A DNA stretch of 64,000 nucleotides, from IMG/VR virus record IMGVR_UViG_638275429_000001, positions 87,740 to 151,739 of that record; one strand, given 5' to 3'. A program made the translations under genes and the position numbers. This DNA comes from a virus (taxonomy: Duplodnaviria > Heunggongvirae > Uroviricota > Caudoviricetes > Straboviridae). Shown here one piece after another: positions 20,844 through 28,635 of this stretch (its first letter is position 1; every line of letters begins with the position of its first letter). Under the pieces are notes generated by a model. It was not told the DNA's origin. It was given only the letters and a program-made list of their open reading frames with translations, and made no database searches.

Positions 20844-21212
20844 TTACATGAGGCGGAGCCAAAACCCTTTCTCATACTGCATTTCGAGCTGGCATGGTTT
20901 TTCGGATTTTGCGTCTCCTACAACCTCGATGACCAAAATCTTGCCAGGATTTTCACGGCACCATTTACGCCAGTCCTTGTTATTTTCTTTGTTGTACCGT
21001 TGGATGAAGAAGAGGCGTGTCATTTCACCCAGATAACCCATCGTTGGCTTACCTTTCATCGGTGGTACCGAAATTCCTGGATAATTGCTGGTATTGTCAT
21101 TGAATTTGCTAATGACTTTATCAGCGAATTCTGCTTCGCGGGTCCAATCGTTCATGGTCACGAGGTACTTATCTTCGAGGATGGCACTCGAGAATCGTTT
21201 CATGCAATTCAT
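20844..21212 (-). CDS. Hypothetical protein (122 aa)
   Basis: ATGA-type overlap with the upstream ORF; same strand as the early block. Confidence 0.7.
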   Translation of the reverse strand: MNCMKRFSSAILEDKYLVTMNDWTREAEFADKVISKFNDNTSNYPGISVPPMKGKPTMGYLGEMTRLFFIQRYNKENNKDWRKWCRENPGKILVIEVVGDAKSEKPCQLEMQYEKGFWLRLM

Positions 21213-21733
21213 TGGTTTTTCTCCATTTGGTATATTGCTTTACGCATCAATTTGATTTTCATTTCAGTCGGGATATGATTATCGTGAACGAACTGATCGA
21301 GTTGCGCTTTCTGGCTATTTGCACGAGAGGTAACAATTACAACGTTTTCCATTGTATACCCTTCCTTCGGATTGACACGCTCAATTGAACGGCCTGAATC
21401 TTTGGGGAATATTGTACCAGTATACGCGCATGATTCGGTATGCATTAACTCTACAAATTGCGGGAATGTAATGCGCCATTCAAGTCCGCGTTCTTGGCAA
21501 CCAGTGACTTTCACCTGATATGCGTGTAAGTACCGCTTATTTTTGCTGATGAAATTCATCATCTCGATTTGACGAGCAACTTCTTCTCTTTCAGCTTTAA
21601 CCTGTTCTTCGCGACGTTTGATTTGTTCGTCACGCAAAACCTCGAAGTGATGCTTTTTCGGCGGCTCAGGTGCTTTAACAGAAGCTGAGGCGATAGAGGC
21701 ATAACGAGCTAGCATTTCTGAACGAGTGGACAT
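21209..21733 (-). CDS. Srd-like protein with HNH-like (His-Me finger) C-terminal domain
   Basis: CAYTG..SIERVNPKEGYTMENVVIVTSRANSQK resembles the T4 Srd family as recalled. Has its own sigma70-type promoter. Confidence 0.6.
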   Translation of the reverse strand: MSTRSEMLARYASIASASVKAPEPPKKHHFEVLRDEQIKRREEQVKAEREEVARQIEMMNFISKNKRYLHAYQVKVTGCQERGLEWRITFPQFVELMHTESCAYTGTIFPKDSGRSIERVNPKEGYTMENVVIVTSRANSQKAQLDQFVHDNHIPTEMKIKLMRKAIYQMEKNQ

Positions 21734-21772
21734 GATAATTACTCCGCAGGTTTGGTTAGTTTCATTATGGAC

Positions 21773-21800
21773 ATTATAACCAAACCTGCGAGATTGTAAA
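21773..21800 (-). promoter_or_regulatory. Early (sigma70-type) promoter
   Basis: Minus strand TTTACA-N16-TATAAT. Confidence 0.75.
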
Positions 21801-22109
21801 TCACTTTTTGTTGAATTTGTTCAACAAAGCTTCGAGTGACTCTCCGGTAGCCGGAGTCACCTTAAACCGACTGTCGGTATGCGGCCGCGCTTTTCCGCGT
21901 TTCGGATTCACATAGTGCTTACGGAAAACAACCGGTTCACGAGTCTCAAAGTCCAGTTTCGCCCCGTCAACATAGGCTACGATGTCAGGCACATCAACCG
22001 CGCGGATGTCGTACATCCGGCCAATCTGGACGTAACCCTGCTTCATTTCACGAAACATAAAGTGGATTTGCACTTTTTCAGCATTTGACAGTTCAGTAAA
22101 TTTGCGCAT
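21801..22109 (-). CDS. Hypothetical protein, possible helix-turn-helix (102 aa)
   Basis: TAATG coupling to the upstream stop. LSNAEKVQIHFMFREMKQGYVQIGRMYDIRAVDV has an HTH-like pattern. Confidence 0.6.
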   Translation of the reverse strand: MRKFTELSNAEKVQIHFMFREMKQGYVQIGRMYDIRAVDVPDIVAYVDGAKLDFETREPVVFRKHYVNPKRGKARPHTDSRFKVTPATGESLEALLNKFNKK

Positions 22110-22576
22110 TATTTCAGTCCCCATTTTTCGCCCATGTTGTAGTATGCAGTCATATATTTGACAGCCCGCTCAGTATCTTTAGGTGTGACACCTTTCAAGC
22201 GGCGCAGGTCGGCATTGTTGCGCAAATCATAACGCTTGCACTTGACAGACCGGATGTCACTATTGACACGGATCAGGTAACATTCGTAACTTTCGCCATC
22301 GCGTTTAGTCACATTGTCTACCAACTGCGCCATGGATGAGCCGAATAACGTGTTGATGTCGCGCAAACCTTCTTCGCGATCATCATAGCAATCTTCAACA
22401 ACATCATGAAGAACACATAGGATCTGGACGTCCAATGCTTCTCGGTCTCGACGAGCCCAGTGCATGAGTTGCAATGGGTGCAGAATATAAGGCGCGCCAC
22501 CTTTGTCAAACTGACCGGCGTGACGATTGGTTGCGTATTGAATGGCCTCAGCCAGATGTTGTTGGGTGTATTTCAT
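22109..22576 (-). CDS. HD-domain small alarmone hydrolase-like (Mesh1/SpoT-HD) protein
   Basis: HAGQFDKGGAPYILHP, VLHDVVED, FGSSMAQLVDNVTK and KRYDLRNN motifs. Confidence 0.85.
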   Translation of the reverse strand: MKYTQQHLAEAIQYATNRHAGQFDKGGAPYILHPLQLMHWARRDREALDVQILCVLHDVVEDCYDDREEGLRDINTLFGSSMAQLVDNVTKRDGESYECYLIRVNSDIRSVKCKRYDLRNNADLRRLKGVTPKDTERAVKYMTAYYNMGEKWGLK

Positions 22577-22815
22577 TACGAATACCTCATGCTAATTTGT
22601 TGTGGGCGCATCATAAATGGAAATCGGGCGCCCTCTTCGATTTTAAGAGTGTCATTGCCATTTTCGTCAGTTCGATCTTCTAGCGGACAAATAGAATCAA
22701 CGTAGGCTTTAATGCCTTCAATAATTTCCTCTTTTGTCTTTGGCACCATTGCACCACTGATAATATGATCCGGACGATTTGTTTTGAAATTGAAGTAAGT
22801 TGTTGTGAATTTCAT
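22576..22815 (-). CDS. Hypothetical protein (79 aa)
   Basis: Translationally coupled ORF in the early operon. Confidence 0.6.
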   Translation of the reverse strand: MKFTTTYFNFKTNRPDHIISGAMVPKTKEEIIEGIKAYVDSICPLEDRTDENGNDTLKIEEGARFPFMMRPQQISMRYS

Positions 22816-22820
22816 CTCGA

Positions 22821-23159
22821 TTAGTCGCTCAATTTACCGAATGGAATCTGTTCAACGAAAGCCCATGCGGCATGGTAAACTGTTGCACCTGGTGTTTCAG
22901 ACATAAAGACCGTGTCGACCGGTGCAACAACTCGAAATAGAGTTGGCTCGCCGCCTATAGAGCGCGCTGCTCGTCTGGCATATACTTTAGCAAGGCCACG
23001 ATCTTTGGTGAAAAACACACGATCCAAATTCTTTTTCCGACCCTTCTCGGAAATCGTGTCCGTCGCTTCGGGTGGAAGAAGCATATCACCTTTAAGGCCG
23101 AGTGTACAAGAGCCATGGTAAAACTCGACATATTCGTCTTTGCAATGGATTGTTCTCAT
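22821..23159 (-). CDS. Arr-like (H-Y-E clade) ADP-ribosyltransferase-fold protein (112 aa)
   Basis: AAGGAG SD before ATG 23159. FYHGS..GDMLLPP..RVFFT..LAKVYA..LFRV follows the Arr/PARP-type motif order. Confidence 0.65.
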   Translation of the reverse strand: MRTIHCKDEYVEFYHGSCTLGLKGDMLLPPEATDTISEKGRKKNLDRVFFTKDRGLAKVYARRAARSIGGEPTLFRVVAPVDTVFMSETPGATVYHAAWAFVEQIPFGKLSD

Positions 23160-23218
23160 GATATGCTCCTTGGTAGATTTGATGGGACCATAATAATCCA
23201 TAGTCCCACCATTGTAAA

Positions 23219-23980
23219 CTACTCTTTTATGAATTGTTGACGCTGATTTTTGAGCAATCTCGTTTTGATTTTCTCGGTGCATAGACGAACACGGCGCATT
23301 TTGCCGGGGTCAGCAATGTATCCGTGTTCAAAAATCACTATCTTCGAATATTTGTCATTGTGTTGAGTTTCTGAAAATGTAATAGGCGCTTCAGCAGCAT
23401 AAACAAATGTGTCAACCTGTGCATTAAGTAAAATTCCGCCAGACGAGATTATGGAAATTGCAGCTCGGTCATATTCGCTTTTTGCGATTTTTACAAATTT
23501 GCTTACATCAAATTCTCGATCGTCGACAAATCGCCCATACATAAAACACAAAATAGCTTTTGCGTACCACTGTGCTTTGTTGTAATCGATACCATCGTCC
23601 GGATAGTCACGAAGTTTGGCAAGATGCGCAAGAGCCATTTTCTTCTTGAACTCACGCCTGAGTTCAATTAACGCATCAATAACATCGCGCAAACTATGCC
23701 CATTGAGATTGAAATCACCGAAATGATCGCGCAAAATCATCGGATACATCAAAGAATAGGATGATTCCCATATTGGGCCATCGAAAACTACCGGGTAAGT
23801 TGTCGCAGTGTACAGCAAATCGTGAAACGGTGTTTGAAATCGTTCATCACGATGTTTTATGATGTGCCGAATAGGCGAATTTGGGTCGGTGAACATTTTC
23901 TTAGCGTCTGCCACAAGCACTTTGTCTTTGATGGCCTGGCTATTTTCCAAAATCATATTTTCTAATGTTGATTTCAACAT
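23219..23980 (-). CDS. Degenerate minimal family-B DNA polymerase-like protein (palm and fingers only)
   Basis: GAGGA SD. SYSLMYPMIL, LIELRREFKKKM, QWYAKAILCFMYG and LLNAQVDTFVY occur in PolB motif A-B-C order. Confidence 0.65.
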   Translation of the reverse strand: MLKSTLENMILENSQAIKDKVLVADAKKMFTDPNSPIRHIIKHRDERFQTPFHDLLYTATTYPVVFDGPIWESSYSLMYPMILRDHFGDFNLNGHSLRDVIDALIELRREFKKKMALAHLAKLRDYPDDGIDYNKAQWYAKAILCFMYGRFVDDREFDVSKFVKIAKSEYDRAAISIISSGGILLNAQVDTFVYAAEAPITFSETQHNDKYSKIVIFEHGYIADPGKMRRVRLCTEKIKTRLLKNQRQQFIKE

Positions 23981-24103
23981 AATTTCCTCACTCTCGTTTA
24001 GGACAATTCCTTAATTATTCGGAACCGCGTGATTGATTCGGATTGCGTCTTGTGCAATCATTATTAACTCTGTTGTATGGTGTATCATCAGGTTGATAGT
24101 GAC

Positions 24104-24164
24104 ATATTATCATATAAAACGTTGATTGTAAACATAAAACAAAGGGAGCCCTGGGGCTCCCTTT
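24104..24164 (-). promoter_or_regulatory. Terminator plus early promoter cassette
   Basis: hoc terminator aaagggagcc-ctgg-ggctcccttt (24141-24164) followed by TTTACA-N17-TAATAT with TGn extension. Confidence 0.8.
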
Positions 24165-24166
24165 TA

Positions 24167-24709
24167 TTACGATTTTACAAATTGTGATGCTTTGTAGATA
24201 TACCCGTTTCGCGACTCTTGCATCAGACAGTCACCATAGTCAGTAACAGCCTTGTCGATAGCATAAGTTACCTTCGGCCATGGGCTGTTTACTGGATCGT
24301 CACGCCATGCGGGATTAGCTTTCATCCAATCATGAATCCAGTATGGCAACCAGGTGAAGCTGGAATTTTTGAATTCCAATGGATTAACAAACCAATGGCC
24401 TTCAGGAATAACCGGGATTTCTTCCACAGTGATAGTAGAAGCAGTGCTGGTTATTGTCACAGGTGCAGCGCCGTCATCAGCAACTAACGCGTAAACGACA
24501 CGGCATTTGACTTCGAAATCGCCTTCGGTATCAAACAGTTCAGCGATTGTATCTGACGTTTCTCCTGACAAAACTGAATCATTCAAAAGCCAAGCGTAAG
24601 AAACAATTTCTTTAACAGTGTCGTCACCAGTGAATGTCGCAGTGAATTCAACGTCTGTCCCAACTGCAACAGTTTGACTCAACGGGGCGACTGTGAGTGT
24701 AATTGCCAT
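24167..24709 (-). CDS. hoc: Highly antigenic outer capsid protein with a single Ig-like domain
   Basis: N-terminal Ig-like domain (YAW..CRV). C-terminal NSSFTWLPYWIHDW..QESRNGY capsid-binding motif. Confidence 0.92.
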   Translation of the reverse strand: MAITLTVAPLSQTVAVGTDVEFTATFTGDDTVKEIVSYAWLLNDSVLSGETSDTIAELFDTEGDFEVKCRVVYALVADDGAAPVTITSTASTITVEEIPVIPEGHWFVNPLEFKNSSFTWLPYWIHDWMKANPAWRDDPVNSPWPKVTYAIDKAVTDYGDCLMQESRNGYIYKASQFVKS

Positions 24710-24748
24710 ATATTTTCCTTAACAGCAAAAGGGACCAGAGTCCCTTGA

Positions 24749-25483
24749 TTATGAAATAACAATGAATTTGCTATTTCGACTTTCGCGAATGGCAACAGAA
24801 CCATCGCGTTCAATGTAGAATGCCAGAGATTTCAACATATCTTTATCATATGGACATTCAGTGATATCAGCTCGCCAATTTCGACCTTGCATCCAGTCAT
24901 AGATCCAATATGGAACGTTAACAAATGCGCGACCTTCAGGACCAACTAATTTATACTTCGGCTGATAACCTTCAGGGAAAGTTAATACAAGCTCGGTGAT
25001 TTTTTCAGGAATGATTTCGCCTGAGAAAACACCCAGAGGAGCTTCAATTTTGATTACACCTGATTTGATGCCTTCAACAATCTTGTCTTTATCTTCTTTC
25101 GGGATGTCATTGATGGAGATCGCGCCAACATCCTGAACCACGGGCTTATGTTCGACCTGATCGATGATAAGCTCGTCGTCTTCGGTAAAAATCTCTTCCT
25201 TATCCATGAGGTCCGGGTCAAGTTCAACCGAGTCAGAAAAATCTACGCGTTCTTCAAGGTTGATTTCCTCGATAGCATCGCCTGCCATTTTACGGGCATC
25301 TTCGAATGTAGCACTAACAGCTTCTTCAAGATCGTTCATCATATTGACGAAAGATTTTTGACGAGACAGCTTAACATCATAATGTTTCATGGCGTAATCG
25401 GCCAATTTCTTTTTGCTTTCGGATGCAGATAATGACCCGAATTTGGTTTCTAACTCAGAACGGACAAAAAGTTTCTGTTTCAT
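24749..25483 (-). CDS. inh: Inhibitor of prohead protease
   Basis: KKKLADYAMKHYDVKLSRQKSFVNMMNDLEE and VPYWIYDW..DGSVAIRESRNS motifs; synteny. Confidence 0.9.
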   Translation of the reverse strand: MKQKLFVRSELETKFGSLSASESKKKLADYAMKHYDVKLSRQKSFVNMMNDLEEAVSATFEDARKMAGDAIEEINLEERVDFSDSVELDPDLMDKEEIFTEDDELIIDQVEHKPVVQDVGAISINDIPKEDKDKIVEGIKSGVIKIEAPLGVFSGEIIPEKITELVLTFPEGYQPKYKLVGPEGRAFVNVPYWIYDWMQGRNWRADITECPYDKDMLKSLAFYIERDGSVAIRESRNSKFIVIS

Positions 25484-25497
25484 GTCGTGGATTCCTT

Positions 25498-25527
25498 TAT
25501 AAATAAAACTATATGACTTTATTTAAG
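25498..25527. promoter_or_regulatory. Overlapping divergent late promoters for uvsW and inh
   Basis: TATAAATA on + at 25498-25505; CTTAAATA on - at 25520-25527. Confidence 0.7.
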
Positions 25528-25537
25528 GGTGTCTACC

Positions 25538-27019
25538 GTGATCGATATTGTACTCGAAAACTATAGCTTTGTGAGGGTTGAATGCGAAGATTCAATCTTC
25601 TTTGAAATGCGGGAGTATTTTTCATTTAAGGCTGATGGCTACCAATTCTCGCCAAAATTTAAGTGTGGCGTTTGGAGCGGAGACATCTTCCTGCTTGGAT
25701 ACGACCGACTTCTGCCATTTGGGCTTGTCTCTCAAGCGATTAAATTTGCTGAGCAAAACGATTATAAAATAACCGTTGACCCTGCGATCAGACAGCGTGA
25801 AAATTTATCTCGAGCCGACTTTGACGCCTGGATCCAGTCAAAAGAAATCTATTCGGGTTCAACGCGAATTACTCCGCATTGGTATCAGTCGGACGCGGTA
25901 TATGAAGGGATTTGTGCACGTCGAAAAATCCTCAACCTTCCGACATCAGCCGGTAAATCCCTGATACAAGCACTTCTATCGTTGTGGTATCTAGAAAACT
26001 ACAAAGGCAAAGTTCTGGTAATTGTTCCCACGACTTCCCTCGTAACTCAGATGATCGACGACTTCGTTGACTATCGTCTGTTCCCACGAGAAGCAATGTT
26101 GGGCATAAAATCAGGAACCGCTAAAGATTCAAACGCTGTCATTTATGTTTCAACATGGCAGACAGCGGTTAAACAAAAGCGTGAATGGTTCAACCAATTT
26201 GGCTGTGTTATGAATGACGAATGCCATCTTTCAACTGGAACGTCAATCAAAAAGATCATCGAGTCTGTTGACCACATACCATTCAAGTATGGTCTATCGG
26301 GTTCCTTGCGCGACGGAAAAGCAAACATTTTACAGTATGTCGGCATGTTTGGCGATATTTTTAGACCAGTAACAACCAAGCAATTGATGGACGAAGGTCA
26401 AGTAACCGATCTCAACATAAAAGTTGTTCAATTAGGTTATTCGGATGAAGATCGTAACGCTGTACGGAAATACAACTACGACGAAGAAATCAAATTCATA
26501 ACTTCGCACGCAAAGCGAAATCGAAAAGTTTGTAGTATTGCTAAAGGGTTGGCTGAAAAAGGCGAAAACGTCTTTATGATGTTCAGACTTACAGCCCATG
26601 GAAAAGCACTGTACGAAACTTTGATCAAAATGGGTGTCAAGGCACATTATATTTCCGGTGAAACCGAGACAGAAGTCCGCGACCAAATGAAAGTTTTGGC
26701 AGAAGGTGGAACCGGCCATGTGTTTGTTGCATCTTATGGAGTATTCTCTACCGGTATCTCCATTAAAAACCTCCATCACATTATTTTCGCACATCCAGTA
26801 AAATCAAAGGTTACTGTTCTCCAAACAATAGGCCGGGTTTTACGTAAGCACAAATCAAAAGCTATTGCAACTGTTTGGGACATATGTGACGACCTCGGCA
26901 TTCTGAACGCGTTTGGTAAATACACTAGACAGAACTATGCACTTAAACATGCTGTTGAGCGAGTTGAGAGGTATGTCTCTGAAAAATTCGAATACACCAT
27001 GCACAAATTAAAACTTTAA
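25538..27019 (+). CDS. uvsW: SF2 RNA-DNA / DNA helicase UvsW
   Basis: LPTSAGKS, NDECH and QTIGRVLRKH motifs. Probable GTG start at 25538 after AAGGGT. Confidence 0.97.
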   Translation: MIDIVLENYSFVRVECEDSIFFEMREYFSFKADGYQFSPKFKCGVWSGDIFLLGYDRLLPFGLVSQAIKFAEQNDYKITVDPAIRQRENLSRADFDAWIQSKEIYSGSTRITPHWYQSDAVYEGICARRKILNLPTSAGKSLIQALLSLWYLENYKGKVLVIVPTTSLVTQMIDDFVDYRLFPREAMLGIKSGTAKDSNAVIYVSTWQTAVKQKREWFNQFGCVMNDECHLSTGTSIKKIIESVDHIPFKYGLSGSLRDGKANILQYVGMFGDIFRPVTTKQLMDEGQVTDLNIKVVQLGYSDEDRNAVRKYNYDEEIKFITSHAKRNRKVCSIAKGLAEKGENVFMMFRLTAHGKALYETLIKMGVKAHYISGETETEVRDQMKVLAEGGTGHVFVASYGVFSTGISIKNLHHIIFAHPVKSKVTVLQTIGRVLRKHKSKAIATVWDICDDLGILNAFGKYTRQNYALKHAVERVERYVSEKFEYTMHKLKL

Positions 27020-27028
27020 GGGGAAGAT

Positions 27029-27259
27029 ATGTTATCTTTTAAAAGCTATTTGCATGAAGCAATGATTGACAGCTTTATGGGAAAAATCGCAAGTTGCCAG
27101 ACTCTAGAGGGTCTGGAAGAACTTGAAAAGTATTACGACAAACGTGTTAAAGAAGTGGACCTCAAGTCTTCTGACGATATCTCTATTCGCGACGCTCTAG
27201 CCGGAAAGCGCACTGAATTCGAAGGTGGCGACGAAGAAGAGCAAGAAGAAGAGTTCTAA
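27029..27259 (+). CDS. uvsW.1: UvsW.1 protein
   Basis: IASCQTLEGLEELEKYYDKR..DDISIRDALAGKR matches the T4 homologue. Confidence 0.9.
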   Translation: MLSFKSYLHEAMIDSFMGKIASCQTLEGLEELEKYYDKRVKEVDLKSSDDISIRDALAGKRTEFEGGDEEEQEEEF

Positions 27260-27266
27260 TACAACA

Positions 27267-27293
27267 AAGGGAACCCGAGGGTTCCCTTTTCTT
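27267..27293. terminator. Bidirectional terminator
   Basis: aaagggaacc-cgag-ggttcccttt between convergent genes. Confidence 0.85.
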
Positions 27294-27470
27294 TTACATA
27301 AGCAGTTGAGTTTCTTCGAGGATACTTTCTGACTCAGAAAGCGGAAGAGCCTCTAGGTGGTGAGCACATGGACCCGGGTGAGCTGGGCCGTAAGGCGTGT
27401 CAACGGCTAAAACTTTCTCTACTGGCATTTTGCACGCTGGGCAGAGAGTAGTACCTTGTGGCAATTGCAT
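27294..27470 (-). CDS. uvsY.-2: UvsY.-2 homologue (58 aa)
   Basis: CPACK..TPYGPAHPGPC..LEETQLL matches T4 UvsY.-2. Confidence 0.85.
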   Translation of the reverse strand: MQLPQGTTLCPACKMPVEKVLAVDTPYGPAHPGPCAHHLEALPLSESESILEETQLLM

Positions 27471-27472
27471 TG

Positions 27473-27943
27473 TTAGACTCCAATTGTTTCGAGTGCTGCA
27501 ATAACGTAGCTCTCGATTTCTTTCTTCATCTCTTTTGGTTTTGCGACAGTCCAACGACCATCTTTAACACCAGCAGAGATACGACCCATCAATTTGCCGG
27601 CCAGAACATTAATGTTCGGACCAACAAGGCGATGGATATCCATCAGTTCTTTACCGTTAACGATCGAATTAAACTGATCAACGGTGATTTCTTGTGGCAG
27701 AAATTTCGACAGCATCTCTTTTTCTTTGAGAGCTTCAACCAAATCTTCAGAAGTGTATTTGTTCTCGATTCGATCGTTAATGCCTTTCATCAGGCTCAGG
27801 ATTACTTTACGAACCGATTCGTCATCGGTTGCACGACTTTGGTTAACTTCACCAATGACCAGCCCAAGAAGCTGTACGGCTTTGTTGCCATGTTCACGAC
27901 GAGCTTGGCTGCGAGATTCGGTGATTTGTTCGAACAGTGTCAT
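27473..27943 (-). CDS. GatB/YqeY-domain-like protein (156 aa)
   Basis: GAGGT SD. LLGLVIGEV..DDESVRKVI..EKEMLSKFLPQ..GKLMG follows the YqeY pattern. Confidence 0.65.
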   Translation of the reverse strand: MTLFEQITESRSQARREHGNKAVQLLGLVIGEVNQSRATDDESVRKVILSLMKGINDRIENKYTSEDLVEALKEKEMLSKFLPQEITVDQFNSIVNGKELMDIHRLVGPNINVLAGKLMGRISAGVKDGRWTVAKPKEMKKEIESYVIAALETIGV

Positions 27944-28024
27944 AATGATTACCTCTTGTTGAATTGAGATTATCCTAACACCCATTTGACAATCTTGAAC
28001 AAAAAATTTTCTGGTGCTAACCAG

Positions 28025-28122
28025 TTTGGCCTCGCCAAATTTATCCTTTAAGGCCTAATAGATTATATAACCTAAAGGATAAAAAGACTGTTCGAGCGAG
28101 CTCGAATCGGAGCGAGCTCCGA
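28025..28122. repeat. 45-bp palindromic intergenic element, copy 2, with flanking hairpins
   Basis: Core at 28040-28084. Hairpins tttggc-ctc-gccaaa, ttcgagc-ga-gctcgaa and tcggagc-ga-gctccga. Confidence 0.97.
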
Positions 28123-28184
28123 GGTTCTTTTAATCTCATCTCCACCAATCCTATTCTCTTTTAAAACCGAACCAGGAACCCTGG

Positions 28185-28192
28185 TATTTATA
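28185..28192 (-). promoter_or_regulatory. Late promoter pointing through repeat copy 2
   Basis: Exact TATAAATA on the minus strand, downstream of the gene 25 terminator. Confidence 0.65.
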
Positions 28193-28213
28193 CATTCCAG
28201 CGGCACTTCCCGC

Positions 28214-28236
28214 GGGTACATACAAAAATGCCCTCC
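28214..28236 (-). terminator. Terminator after gene 25
   Basis: Minus strand tgccctc-ttcg-gagggca followed by T tract. Confidence 0.85.
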
Positions 28237-28251
28237 GAAGAGGGCAAAAGG

Positions 28252-28635
28252 TCAATTTGACAGACGCATTTTAATCTCATCGATTAGTGCTGGGTTGTCA
28301 ACGATAGAAAAGCGAATTGTTACGATAAGTTCATTGTTATCGAAGTTGCCGATGGAATCGACTGTTAGATTATAGACGCGCGGTTCGAAATTTCGAATAG
28401 CGGTTTTGATATTGCGCTCAACTGTGTCAATGACCAGTGGCGTTATGTTTTCAAACAATTGATCTGGGAGGTCACACCCAAAATATGGATTGAACGCGCG
28501 TGATCCTATTGGCGTTGACACGATACCTATGATCGAATTTTTTACAGCTCGAGACCCTTTGGTCATGAGAACATCATTATCCCACGACTTGCCAAAATTA
28601 GGATCGAGATCTGAATACAGCATGTTTATGTTCAT
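28252..28635 (-). CDS. gp25: Baseplate wedge subunit gp25
   Basis: LYSDLDP, GSRAFNPYFGCDL and RNFEPRV motifs. GGAG SD before ATG 28635. Confidence 0.95.
   Translation of the reverse strand: MNINMLYSDLDPNFGKSWDNDVLMTKGSRAVKNSIIGIVSTPIGSRAFNPYFGCDLPDQLFENITPLVIDTVERNIKTAIRNFEPRVYNLTVDSIGNFDNNELIVTIRFSIVDNPALIDEIKMRLSN

Noticed and set aside
20820-21278. 152-aa plus-strand ORF after gene 24
   Set aside because: Starts inside the terminator hairpin and is antisense to two coupled minus-strand ORFs.
24011-24088. 25-codon ORF in the leader of the PolB-like gene
   Set aside because: No SD and too short to support; it may be only a long 5' UTR.
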